NCBI GenBank assembly: GCA_963845065.1
Contig: CAWJQQ010000005.1
Coordinates: 256,001-320,000 of the forward strand
Direction: 5' to 3'
Length of the DNA stretch: 64,000 nt
DNA from: Nitrospirota bacterium
GTDB taxonomy: Bacteria; Nitrospirota; UBA9217
Shown: positions 1 through 9,092 of the stretch, in pieces
Position numbering within the stretch: position 1 is the first letter of the stretch
Layout of the letters: each line of letters opens with the position of its first letter
Notes under the pieces: model-generated
What the model saw: the letters and a program-made list of their open reading frames with translations, nothing else
What the model was told of the DNA's origin: nothing
Databases searched by the model: none
Translations under genes and position numbers: made by a program

Positions 1-168
1 AACTCCGCTGGCGGAGGTATCATAATCCACGGCCGCCGTTACTTCCACGTGGGGTCGCAAACCATGCTTTTCTTCTGTTGATAAAATTATGGCGTCTTGG
101 CTCAGCTCCTTCTTGACCTGTGCGAGGGCCTCGGAAAATGTTCTGGCGGTAAATTTTTTAATCTTCAT
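1..168 (-). CDS. flhF: Flagellar SRP-like GTPase FlhF, N-terminal part (runs off window)
   Basis: Hand translation from ATG at 168: MKIKKFTARTFSEALAQVKKELSQDAIILST...VEVTAAVD, a typical FlhF N-terminus; overlaps the flhA stop; canonical flhA-flhF order. Confidence 0.9.
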   Translation of the reverse strand, partial: MKIKKFTARTFSEALAQVKKELSQDAIILSTEEKHGLRPHVEVTAAVDYDTSASGV

Positions 169-2200
169 ATTTCAACACTCCGGTAGTATAAAGGCGCACG
201 CTTGGCGCCAACTCGGCATTCGAGAGAACAACCAGTGGGAAAAGGAACCGCTCGGTGATTTTCTTTAGGAACCGCCGTGCCTGGGTGGAGCAGAGGATGA
301 TTGGTTGCAGGCCCCGATTGCGTTCATTCACGATGGCCTTTTCCAACGACTTCATGAGCTTCGATACGACTTCAGGGTTGATGGCACCACCGGACTCCGT
401 GGCTTGAATCAGGGCCCGTTCAAAGCGCGGGTCGAGGGTCATCGCGTGGATGCCACCGTCCGCAGCGATGTACTGTTTGGTGATAAACCGCGAGAGCGAC
501 TGGCGCACAGTTTCCGTAAGGATGTCAGTGTCTTTGGTCACCAGTGCATGATCGATGAGCGTCTCAAGAATCGTGATCAGGTCGTTGATCGGAACACGCT
601 CCCTAAGAAGGTTCTGGAGTACTCGTTGAAGGCCGCCGAGAGTGAGGCTTGCCGGTATGAGTTCATCTACCAGCTTGGGATAGTTCTTCGATACGCTGTT
701 GAGCAGGTTCTGAACCTCAGTCCTTGTGAGGAGTTCCCAAGCATGTATCCTGATGAGTTCTGTCAGGTGCGTTACGATGGCCGTTGCAGGATCAACAACC
801 ATATATCCTCTGGCTCGCGCTTGTTCAACGTCACGATCGCTGATCCAATATGCGGGCAGTCCAAACGCTGGTTCCTTCGTGGGAATGCCCTCGATCTTCT
901 GAACGTTCGCGGCAGTCACGGCCAGGTGATACCCTATCATGACTTCGCTGCGCGCCACTTCGATGCCGCGGATCAAGAGTGTGTACTCGTGGGGCCGGAG
1001 TTGGAGGTTGTCCTTGATATGGATCGACGGCACCACGAACCCGAGATCGGAAGCCAGCTGTCTGCGCATGGCCTTGACCTTGTTCAGGAGCTCCGCCTTG
1101 CCGCCCTCCACGAGCGGGATGAGTCCGTAGCCGATTTCAAACGTGAGCGGTTCGAGCTCGATAAACGTTTCAATAGGAGCTTCCTGAGGTGGCGCTGCAA
1201 CCTTTTGCAACTCCGCAGCCGCTTTTTCTTTCACCACGCCCTGCCCGAGGGCATACGCGAGGCCACCCGATGCTGCTGAGAGAAGTAAAAAGGGAATGTG
1301 TGGCAGACCGGGAACCATTCCGAGCGTGGCCATGATGCCCGCTGTAGTGAGCAACACCTTCGGGTTGACGAAGAGCTGTTTCGAGATGTCCTTACCCATG
1401 TCCGTGTCGGAACCGGCGCGGCTTACCACCATGCCTGCAGCCGTGGAGATGAGAAGCGCAGGAATCTGAGCAACGAGGCCGTCGCCGATGGTCAGGACAG
1501 TATAGGTTTTTAGTGCTTCTACGAAGGGCATGCCTTGCTGAAGTGTGCCGATAGCGAACCCGCCGATGATGTTGATGCCGGTAATGATTAAGCCGGCAAT
1601 GGCGTCGCCACGTACGAACTTGCTAGCGCCGTCCATGGCACCGTAGAAATCTGCCTCCTGTGCTACCTGAGACCGGCGACGCCTTGCTTCTGCTTCATTG
1701 ATGATGCCTGCGTTCAAATCAGCATCAATGGCCATCTGTTTGCCCGGCATGGCATCGAGGACGAACCGGGCCGCGACTTCTGCAATCCTGCCCGAACCCT
1801 TGGTGATGACCACGAAATTGATGACCACTAGGATCAGGAAGATGATAAAGCCGACAGCATAATTACCACCTACAACAAAGTTGCCGAAGGACTTGATTAC
1901 CTGACCCGCAGCGTCGATGCCCTCATTCCCTCGGAGCAGGATCAACCGGGTGGACGCAATGTTGAGTGACAGGCGATAGAGCGTCGTCATGAGCAGGATA
2001 GTCGGAAATACCGACAGGTCCAGGGGCTTCCGAATGTAGACCGCTGATACCAGGATCACGATAGCAAGCGATATGGAGAAAGACAACAGGAGGTCCAGAA
2101 TAAAGGGCGGTACAGGCAGAACCATGACGCCCACGACGGAAACCACAGCCACCGCGACGATAATGTCTCCCCGTGCCTGTATCTGTTCTAAAACACTCAT
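158..2200 (-). CDS. flhA: Flagellar export gate protein FlhA
   Basis: 680 aa; AEVAARFVLDAMPGKQMAIDADL and FYGAMDGASKFVRGDA signatures. Confidence 0.98.
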   Translation of the reverse strand: MSVLEQIQARGDIIVAVAVVSVVGVMVLPVPPFILDLLLSFSISLAIVILVSAVYIRKPLDLSVFPTILLMTTLYRLSLNIASTRLILLRGNEGIDAAGQVIKSFGNFVVGGNYAVGFIIFLILVVINFVVITKGSGRIAEVAARFVLDAMPGKQMAIDADLNAGIINEAEARRRRSQVAQEADFYGAMDGASKFVRGDAIAGLIITGINIIGGFAIGTLQQGMPFVEALKTYTVLTIGDGLVAQIPALLISTAAGMVVSRAGSDTDMGKDISKQLFVNPKVLLTTAGIMATLGMVPGLPHIPFLLLSAASGGLAYALGQGVVKEKAAAELQKVAAPPQEAPIETFIELEPLTFEIGYGLIPLVEGGKAELLNKVKAMRRQLASDLGFVVPSIHIKDNLQLRPHEYTLLIRGIEVARSEVMIGYHLAVTAANVQKIEGIPTKEPAFGLPAYWISDRDVEQARARGYMVVDPATAIVTHLTELIRIHAWELLTRTEVQNLLNSVSKNYPKLVDELIPASLTLGGLQRVLQNLLRERVPINDLITILETLIDHALVTKDTDILTETVRQSLSRFITKQYIAADGGIHAMTLDPRFERALIQATESGGAINPEVVSKLMKSLEKAIVNERNRGLQPIILCSTQARRFLKKITERFLFPLVVLSNAELAPSVRLYTTGVLKYED

Positions 2201-3234
2201 CAGGCCACACCTTTCAGCTTGTAAATGTGCGCCAGGATTTTGGCCACTGCACGGTACAGTTCTTCAGGTATGAACGAGTCAAGTTTGACTTTGAAGAGTG
2301 CTCGGGCTAGGGGTTTGTCTTCCATGAGCGGCACGCCGTGCCTGCGCGCGGTTTCCCTGATTTTTTCAGCAATATATCCTTTGCCCTTTGCAATGACTTT
2401 GGGAGCAGCGCCATGATCTTTTTTATAGAGCAGCGCCACGGCAATGTGGGTCGGGTTCGTGATCACCACAGTTGCTTTGGGCACGGCCTCCATCATCCTC
2501 CGACGCGCCATGTCTCTCTGCATGCTTTTAATCTTTGCCTTAATGAGCGGATCGCCTTGGGATTCACGTGACTCTTCCCTGATCTCTTCCTTGGTCATTC
2601 TAAGAGAGCGCTCGAACTTCCACCGTTCGTACAAATAATCGATCAAGGCCAGGACGAAGTAGGTGGAGAACGCATAGGCAACAGCTTTGCCAATAAGACT
2701 GAAGGCAACGGACTGGATATCGTGCAACTCCATAGCTGAGGTCAATGGCAAAATGATAAGGGCTTTCTTGGCCATAATGTAGAATAAAACAATGCCCAGA
2801 ATGAACTTGATGATGCTTTTGAAAACGCCTGGCAGAGCGCTGATAGAAAACAGGTTTTTTAATCCCTCAAGCGGGTTGAGCTTCGTCAATTCCATGGAAA
2901 GTGGCTTGAAGACGATGCCTCCCTGCATCACATTGGAAAAAATTGCGAACACTGCAGAGGCAGCAAAAACAGGTATAAGGATCATCATCATGTCCATGGA
3001 TGCCGCCCGCATTACGGTAAGCGGGTCCCTGCCGTAGCGGAGGTCAAGGAGTCTGCCAGTGAGCCCTGTCAAGTTATTCATTAAAGACGTCCCTGCAAAA
3101 TAAAACACGACAAGAACGCCCGCAGTGGCAGCCATGGAACCGAGTTCACGACTTCGAGCGACCTGGCCCTTTTCCTGAGCTTTCTGGCGCTGTCGAGGCG
3201 TCGCTTGTTCTGTTTTATCGTTGTTTTCCGCCAT
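2200..3234 (-). CDS. flhB: Flagellar export switch protein FlhB
   Basis: KTEQATPR N-terminus, NPTH autocleavage motif, PKVIAKG. Confidence 0.98.
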   Translation of the reverse strand: MAENNDKTEQATPRQRQKAQEKGQVARSRELGSMAATAGVLVVFYFAGTSLMNNLTGLTGRLLDLRYGRDPLTVMRAASMDMMMILIPVFAASAVFAIFSNVMQGGIVFKPLSMELTKLNPLEGLKNLFSISALPGVFKSIIKFILGIVLFYIMAKKALIILPLTSAMELHDIQSVAFSLIGKAVAYAFSTYFVLALIDYLYERWKFERSLRMTKEEIREESRESQGDPLIKAKIKSMQRDMARRRMMEAVPKATVVITNPTHIAVALLYKKDHGAAPKVIAKGKGYIAEKIRETARRHGVPLMEDKPLARALFKVKLDSFIPEELYRAVAKILAHIYKLKGVA

Positions 3235-3307
3235 GACTATGACTACCTTCTTTCAAAAACCGTACATGGAACAAAGGGCTGACAGCGCCTTACTGTCTTT
3301 TGCCCAA

Positions 3308-4060
3308 TCATCCCTTCATGAGGAGCAAAACTCGGCCGATCTCATTTGGGATTCCCTTGAAATACCCACTCATAACATAGACAAAAACCGGGAAACTCAG
3401 GAACATTGTCAGGAAGCCGAGGAACAAGTACAGTGGCTGTCCAACAAAGAATACATTCATCTGCGGCGCCGCCTTCGAAACGAATCCGAGGATGATGTTC
3501 GTGATCAGCATGATGATAATAACGGGCGCACTTATTTTGAGGGCGATGACGAAGATGCTTGCGGCGAAGGAAACTCCCGCTGTTATGATTCCCTGTATGT
3601 TGATGGTACCCAAGGGGGCAAGTTCATAGCTCTTTACGAAAATTACTATAAGATCATGGTGCGCATCGATGGCGAAAAACAGGAGCGTCGCAAAGATGCT
3701 GTACAGTTGAGATAAATCCGTAGACTGTCCCATTTCGGGATTGAAGCTGGCGGCCATTGAAAGGCCAGTAACATTGCTCATTACCTGACCTGCCATGTCT
3801 ACCGCAAAAAAGATAAATCGCGCCGTAAAGCCAAAGATCATTGCGAACATCACTTCTCGAACCACGATGAGAGGGATGGCGTTGTTTACGAATTGAAAAT
3901 CCACGACTGGCGTAAGAACGAGAGCAACAGCTACGGCAAGGCCTATCCTGAATTGTGGCGGAAGACTAGTACTGCTGATGAACGGAAGCATATTCAAAAC
4001 AATCCCCGCCCGGAGAAGGATGAAAAGAAAGTTCGGTATGTAGTGTGTGTATGATTCCAT
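3308..4060 (-). CDS. fliR: Flagellar export protein FliR
   Basis: Hydrophobic ~250 aa protein, DMAGQVMSNVTGL and SKAAPQMNVF motifs, between fliQ and flhB; start placed at the ATG at 4060. Confidence 0.95.
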   Translation of the reverse strand: MESYTHYIPNFLFILLRAGIVLNMLPFISSTSLPPQFRIGLAVAVALVLTPVVDFQFVNNAIPLIVVREVMFAMIFGFTARFIFFAVDMAGQVMSNVTGLSMAASFNPEMGQSTDLSQLYSIFATLLFFAIDAHHDLIVIFVKSYELAPLGTINIQGIITAGVSFAASIFVIALKISAPVIIIMLITNIILGFVSKAAPQMNVFFVGQPLYLFLGFLTMFLSFPVFVYVMSGYFKGIPNEIGRVLLLMKG

Positions 4061-4103
4061 AGTTTCCCGCACCTGAATTCTGTGCTCTGTCCGAAGTCCT
4101 GAA

Positions 4104-4373
4104 TTATCGTATATACATCGGAATATTCGTGATAAGGTTCGTGGTATATGTGATTAAAACCCTCGCGATCCAGGGGAAAAAGAGGAACAAGGTGACGAAG
4201 ACGGCAAGTATTTTCGGCACAAAGGTCAAGGTAAACTCCTGGATCTGCGTAACTGCCTGGAACAAACTGATGAGGAGGCCCACCGTAAGACTCACGAGCA
4301 GCACCGGTGCTGCAACAGTCACAACAGTCTTAAAAACATCGCCGGAAAGTTCTCTTACGAGATCTATGGTCAT
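4104..4373 (-). CDS. fliQ: Flagellar export protein FliQ
   Basis: 89 aa; GLLISLFQAVTQIQEFTLTFVPK signature; ATGA overlap with fliP. Confidence 0.97.
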   Translation of the reverse strand: MTIDLVRELSGDVFKTVVTVAAPVLLVSLTVGLLISLFQAVTQIQEFTLTFVPKILAVFVTLFLFFPWIARVLITYTTNLITNIPMYIR

Positions 4374-5002
4374 TGAAAGCTCCTTACGATAGATCCCACA
4401 ACGAGGTTCCACCCGTCAACGAGCACGAAGAGTAGAAGCTTGAAGGGGAGCGATACGAGCACGGGCGGAAGCATCATCATTCCCATGGATAGAAGGACGC
4501 TCGAGACAACGACGTCGATGATCAAAAATGGCAAGAAGAGGAGGAAGCCGATTTCGAACGCGGTCTTAAGCTCGCTGATTGCAAATGCCGGCACGACGAT
4601 TCGCATGGGCAGGTCCATGGGGGTCGCGGGCACTGGTGTTTTTGCGATGTTCAAAAAAAGTGCTATATCTTTCTGCCGCGTTTGCTTCAGCATGAAGGTC
4701 TTGAGCGGCGGGGTAGCAACAATGATTGCCTGCTGGATGGAAATTTTCTTGTCCATATAAGGGCCGATCGCATTTTTTGTGATCACGTCTATCGTCGGTG
4801 ACATGACGAAGAAAGTGAGAAAAATCGAAAGGCCGATGATCACCGGGTTTGGCGGTATCGTCTGGGCGCCGATGGCCTGGCGTAAAAAGGAGAGGATCAC
4901 CACAATTCTGGTAAAGGATGTGAACATGACCAGCATTGCCGGCAGAAAGGACAGAAAGCTGATGATTAGAAATACCTGGATTGCAGGATCGGTTAATTGC
5001 AT
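4370..5002 (-). CDS. fliP: Flagellar export protein FliP (short form, no N-terminal signal peptide)
   Basis: MFTSFTRIVVILSFLRQA, PAFAISELKTAF, MGMMMLPP and LPFKLLLFVLVDGW motifs. Confidence 0.97.
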   Translation of the reverse strand: MQLTDPAIQVFLIISFLSFLPAMLVMFTSFTRIVVILSFLRQAIGAQTIPPNPVIIGLSIFLTFFVMSPTIDVITKNAIGPYMDKKISIQQAIIVATPPLKTFMLKQTRQKDIALFLNIAKTPVPATPMDLPMRIVVPAFAISELKTAFEIGFLLFLPFLIIDVVVSSVLLSMGMMMLPPVLVSLPFKLLLFVLVDGWNLVVGSIVRSFQ

Positions 5003-5433
5003 GCTAAGGCATCCTTGATTGCCCGGAGTTTTTTGAGTTTATCGCCCGTGTTGGCGACGATCACCCGTTCGGTCTTTTCCGGCTGACGGTGGTCCATTGT
5101 GGCTCCATCAGCGGTGAAGGCGTCGAGCCTTTCTGCTGTATCGGCCGCGACGGTTGCGGCCACCTGTTCGAAAGACCGGTGATGCCCAGTCTCCTCATCG
5201 AGACCGATCAGGGTCTTCAACAATTTAACATCGTTTGCCGTCACGCCGAGCAGCAACACTTCCTGGCCGACCTTGACCATGGCCATCCCTTTTTTCGGAC
5301 CTAGGGACTGGTATCCCATGATCTTCATCAGGCTGCTCTTATCCTGTTTTTTCTTGACGAATAGGCCGAGTAGGAAAATCAACCCGCTGACCAGGATCAA
5401 CGCGAATCCCATATGCAGGTAAAGGTCCATCAT
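4993..5433 (-). CDS. fliO: Flagellar biosynthesis protein FliO
   Basis: Single N-terminal TM helix then LGPKKGMAMVKVGQEVLLLGVT; lies between fliN and fliP. Confidence 0.88.
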   Translation of the reverse strand: MMDLYLHMGFALILVSGLIFLLGLFVKKKQDKSSLMKIMGYQSLGPKKGMAMVKVGQEVLLLGVTANDVKLLKTLIGLDEETGHHRSFEQVAATVAADTAERLDAFTADGATMDHRQPEKTERVIVANTGDKLKKLRAIKDALACN

Positions 5434-5792
5434 TTGAGTTTTTGAATCCTTTCCGTCGGGCTGATGATATCGGTGAGCCTTACCCCGAATTTTTCATTGA
5501 CCACGACAACCTCGCCGCGCGCCACGAGTTTGTTGTTTACAAGGACTTCCATGGGTTCACCTGCGAGTTTGTCCAGCTCGAGCACGGATCCCTGTCCAAG
5601 CTGCAGCAGATCCTTGATGAGCATGCGTGACCTACCGAGTTCCACTGAGACTTCGAGCGGGATGTCGAGCAGAAAATCCATGTCCCGCTGCATTCCCCCA
5701 GCCCCGTTACCGGCCTTCAATTCTTCGAACCGTGCCCCCTGAGGCGGCGGATTCTGCACTTGAGTCTTGCCTGTCGCTTGAGCTTCTTCCAT
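5430..5792 (-). CDS. fliN: Flagellar motor switch protein FliN
   Basis: LLDIPLEVSVELG...GEVVVVNEKFGVR SpoA domain; ATG at 5792 follows an AAGGAG RBS. Confidence 0.97.
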   Translation of the reverse strand: MEEAQATGKTQVQNPPPQGARFEELKAGNGAGGMQRDMDFLLDIPLEVSVELGRSRMLIKDLLQLGQGSVLELDKLAGEPMEVLVNNKLVARGEVVVVNEKFGVRLTDIISPTERIQKLK

Positions 5793-5826
5793 TGATAACT
5801 CCTTTTCTGAATGCGGAATTCCCAAT

Positions 5827-6798
5827 TCACGTCAGCATCTTCATGATCCGGACTGCCTGGTTTCCCCTGCTAAAGCCAGGTCGCCCACCGAATTTAGGCT
5901 TGTCCTCCACACTAATGACCAAATCATCGGTGGTAGAGGTGTTAAGTGTCAGAACGTCGCCTTCCTTCAAGCTCATCAGATCGCCGAAGGTTAATGTCAA
6001 GCCGCCGATTTCAGCCGTGACTGTGACAGCCGAGCTCATAAGGATGTCTTTCAGCCGACTGACCCAGCGATGGTCGAGGTCAAACTTGTCGCTCTGGATC
6101 CCCGAGTAGAGCTTATCCTTAACCGGCTCGATCATGGAATAGGGGATGCAAAAGAACAGCTTGCCGGTAAAGTCTTCCACCTCAATGTGTATTTCGATCT
6201 TGATAACGATTTCGCTGGGGGTAACGATGGTCACAAACTGGGGATTCATTTCCGAACCCACGTGTTCAGGTTTGATCGTCGAAATTCCGGCCCAGGCGTT
6301 CGCGATATCCGTGAGCGCCATGGCAACGACCTTCTTGATGACCCGCTGTTCAATGGTGGTAAACGCCCGCCCCTCGGATTTGACGTTTCGCACGGTGGCA
6401 CCGCCGAAGAAAAACTCTACGAACGCAAAGACCAATGGTGCTTCGAGGACCATGAGCGAGTACCCCTTGAGCGGTTCCATTTTGAAGATATTGATGCTCG
6501 ATGGAAACGGGATGGTCTTCATGAACTCGCCGAATTTGATGATTGTTACATTGTGGATGCTGATATCTACGAATTTCATGACCAGCGTGGAAACCGAGTT
6601 TCTAAAAAACCGTGAGAATCGTTCGTTCGCCATTTCTAGACCCGGCATGCGTCCGCGGACGATCCGCTCCTGACTTGTGAGATCATAGGACCTCACGCCG
6701 GTCATGATCTTCTGCTTTGCTTCCTCAGTGCCGATCTCACCCTTCTGCACGCCCCTAAGTAGCGCATCAACCTCATCTTGTGAAAGGATGTCACTCAT
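5827..6798 (-). CDS. fliM: Flagellar motor switch protein FliM
   Basis: LSQDEVDALL CheY-binding peptide, FFGG motif, C-terminal SpoA domain. Confidence 0.97.
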   Translation of the reverse strand: MSDILSQDEVDALLRGVQKGEIGTEEAKQKIMTGVRSYDLTSQERIVRGRMPGLEMANERFSRFFRNSVSTLVMKFVDISIHNVTIIKFGEFMKTIPFPSSINIFKMEPLKGYSLMVLEAPLVFAFVEFFFGGATVRNVKSEGRAFTTIEQRVIKKVVAMALTDIANAWAGISTIKPEHVGSEMNPQFVTIVTPSEIVIKIEIHIEVEDFTGKLFFCIPYSMIEPVKDKLYSGIQSDKFDLDHRWVSRLKDILMSSAVTVTAEIGGLTLTFGDLMSLKEGDVLTLNTSTTDDLVISVEDKPKFGGRPGFSRGNQAVRIMKMLT

Positions 6799-7298
6799 TG
6801 CATTACAAACTCCGTAAAGTATAGATTTTTAAAAACGTCCTTACCTATCGCTTGGTTGGCCCGCAGGAGAAGCTCATCTTTTATCTGCAGTTTTCCCTCA
6901 GGGCTCGAGAGGGCCTCCGCGGATTTGCTGCTCATTAGTGTTATTATGGCATCGCGCAACTGAGGGGTCCTCTCGGTAACCAATGGCAGGTTGGCCATAT
7001 CGGCGATTTCGAATTGCATAGTCACCTTCAGAAACCTCCCTTGCTCCGCAAGGTTCAGTATGAACGAATCAAGTGCGATGAGCGAGGACTTCGTGTCCTT
7101 TTGCAACTCATGTTTTGTGTCTGACGAGCTTTCTCCACCCTTGCCGCTGAATAGCAGAGAATATGCGGAGACGCCTCCGGCAAGAGCGACCACGATGATT
7201 CCGCTTATGATAAATAGGCTCTTGTTACTCTTTTTTGATCGTGTCGTTTTTCCTACTTTTTCTTCATCAGGTTGAGCATCGTCTTTTTCTTCCGCCAT
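6795..7298 (-). CDS. fliL: Flagellar basal-body protein FliL
   Basis: TM helix followed by FILNL...RFLKV, PQLRDAII and LYFTEFVMQ C-terminus. Confidence 0.95.
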   Translation of the reverse strand: MAEEKDDAQPDEEKVGKTTRSKKSNKSLFIISGIIVVALAGGVSAYSLLFSGKGGESSSDTKHELQKDTKSSLIALDSFILNLAEQGRFLKVTMQFEIADMANLPLVTERTPQLRDAIITLMSSKSAEALSSPEGKLQIKDELLLRANQAIGKDVFKNLYFTEFVMQ

Positions 7299-7331
7299 AA
7301 GATTCCTCCTTACATCAATGTCGAGAACATA

Positions 7332-7347
7332 TACAAATACTATGCCG
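7332..7347 (-). promoter_or_regulatory. Putative sigma54 (-24/-12) promoter of the fliL operon
   Basis: Minus strand CGGCATAGTATTTGTA (GG-N10-GT, variant -12), 34 bp before the fliL ATG, with activator boxes upstream. Confidence 0.55.
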
Positions 7348-7391
7348 GAGCCATCTTATTGAAAATAATAAGATAAGCTTTTTTGAGCAAT

Positions 7392-7405
7392 GTCAAAGAA
7401 ATGAC
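7392..7405. promoter_or_regulatory. FleQ-type activator box (GTCA-N6-TGAC)
   Basis: GTCAAAGAAATGAC; same dyad as at 7478, 9004 and 61482. Confidence 0.6.
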
Positions 7406-7477
7406 GTTTTCCAAAAAGTTCTCGAAAATGTGACGGAGTGCTAGCCAATCGGCCAATTTTAAGCAAGGATTTATAAT

Positions 7478-7515
7478 GTCAATCAGTTGACAGCGAGGAT
7501 TTAATTTGTTATGTT
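7478..7515 (+). promoter_or_regulatory. GTCA-N6-TGAC box overlapping the sigma70 promoter of the FleQ-like gene
   Basis: GTCAATCAGTTGAC (7478-7491) overlaps TTGACA (7487-7492), followed by 17 bp and TATGTT (7510-7515). Confidence 0.6.
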
Positions 7516-7526
7516 AGTCCTACCAA

Positions 7527-8978
7527 ATGCATAGAGTTCTTGTTATAGAAGATGACGATACCGTACGGGACGTACTCCGCTCGTTTCTTTCAGAAAAAGG
7601 CTTTGAGGCTACACTTGCCCAAAACGGTGAAACGGGTCTCGACATGCTTCGGGCGGAGAGGTTCGATCTTATCCTTACCGACCTTGTGATGCCCGGCATC
7701 ACCGGGATGGATGTGCTTAAGGAAGTCTTAGCATCTAAGATCAGGATCCCCGTCATTGTAATTACGGCCTTTGGCACAGTTCAGACCGCAGTCGAAGCAA
7801 TGCGGCTCGGAGCATTCGATTATCTGACCAAGCCCTTCAACCTCGATGAACTCATGATTGTCATTGAGAAGGCGCTCTCCGTATCAAAACTACAAAAAGA
7901 AAATGTTATGCTCAAGATGCAGCTCAAGAAGAAGTACAACTTCAAGGGGCTCATCGGAGACTCGCCGCGTATGCAGGCGGTTTACGAACTGATCGAAAAG
8001 ATCGCGGATACGGACAGTACTGTACTCATCACCGGCGAGAGCGGTACAGGCAAAGAACTGATCGCCAAGACCATCCACTATAACAACAGCTCCCGTGCGG
8101 GTGGCCCCTTTGTTCCCCTTAACTGTGCCGCTATTCCCAAAGACCTCCTCGAGTCGGAACTTTTTGGACACGAAAAGGGTGCTTTCACCGGTGCGATCAA
8201 TACACGCATCGGCCGCTTTGAACTCGCGCAGGGAGGAACGCTTTTCCTTGATGAGGTGGGGGAGCTTGATCCTTCGCTTCAGGTCAAGCTACTACGGGTA
8301 CTTCAGGAGCGCGAGTTTGAGCGTGTGGGCGGTGTGAAGACTATAAAAGTTGACGTACGTATCCTGGCGGCAACTAATAAAGACCTGGAAAAAGCAACAA
8401 AGGACGGCTTGTTCCGGGAAGACCTGTTCTACCGCCTAAACGTGATCCCACTCCATTTGCCTCCGCTCAGAAGCCGAATCGAGGATATTACTCTCCTCAT
8501 GGCCCATTTTGTCCAGGAGTTTTGTCGTAAGAGAAAACGTGAGCCGTTCACATTTTCGCCGGACGCTATGGAATGCCTCATGAAATACAACTGGCCGGGA
8601 AATGTTCGTGAACTCGAGAACCTTGTCGAGCGCTTAACCATCCTCGCGACCGGGCCGGTCGTAAAAGTATTGGACCTACCTGAAAAACTTCACCAGTTGA
8701 CCTTTGCCGCTGTTGTAACGGCGACGTCGTCAACTGAGGCGCCAATTGGTTACGGCAAAATCGATGTGATCCCGGCTACCGCGCAAAACACACTTGAAAT
8801 TGGTGAAAGCGGGATAGACCTGAATGAAATGGTAAGTGCTATAGAGCGAAATATGATTCGCAAGGCTCTCGAAAAAGCGGGCGGTGTCAGGAGCAAGGCC
8901 GCCCAGCTTCTCGGACTTAACCGTACAACGCTGCTTGAAAAAATAAAAAAAATGGGAATCGAGTTGCAGAAACGCTAA
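7527..8978 (+). CDS. Sigma54-dependent response regulator (REC-AAA+-Fis HTH), probable flagellar master regulator of FleQ/FlrA/FgrM type
   Basis: REC with DLVMPG, GESGTGKE Walker A, GAFTGA, C-terminal HTH; divergent from fliL and upstream of a FleS/FleR-like pair. Confidence 0.9.
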   Translation: MHRVLVIEDDDTVRDVLRSFLSEKGFEATLAQNGETGLDMLRAERFDLILTDLVMPGITGMDVLKEVLASKIRIPVIVITAFGTVQTAVEAMRLGAFDYLTKPFNLDELMIVIEKALSVSKLQKENVMLKMQLKKKYNFKGLIGDSPRMQAVYELIEKIADTDSTVLITGESGTGKELIAKTIHYNNSSRAGGPFVPLNCAAIPKDLLESELFGHEKGAFTGAINTRIGRFELAQGGTLFLDEVGELDPSLQVKLLRVLQEREFERVGGVKTIKVDVRILAATNKDLEKATKDGLFREDLFYRLNVIPLHLPPLRSRIEDITLLMAHFVQEFCRKRKREPFTFSPDAMECLMKYNWPGNVRELENLVERLTILATGPVVKVLDLPEKLHQLTFAAVVTATSSTEAPIGYGKIDVIPATAQNTLEIGESGIDLNEMVSAIERNMIRKALEKAGGVRSKAAQLLGLNRTTLLEKIKKMGIELQKR

Positions 8979-9002
8979 ATTTTACCGCCAATCCTTCGTC
9001 AT

Positions 9003-9018
9003 TGTCAGTTAACTGACA
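9003..9018. promoter_or_regulatory. Perfect palindrome TGTCAGTTAACTGACA (FleQ-type box) upstream of the TPR-kinase-regulator genes
   Basis: 16-bp perfect inverted repeat containing GTCA-N6-TGAC. Confidence 0.55.
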
Positions 9019-9092
9019 GCCTTCCTCAAACCCATAGTCATTAAAATTCAAGCCATTATCTTCGGGCACGCTTGTTGCTTACACTAGCGGGC

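Noticed and set aside
305..1279. 324-aa plus-strand ORF, and similar long antisense ORFs at 3221-3715, 6070-6673, 41658-42519 and 44734-45462
   Set aside because: Shadow frames opposite well-supported genes (flhA, fliR, fliM, motA, motC-like) with no recognisable motifs
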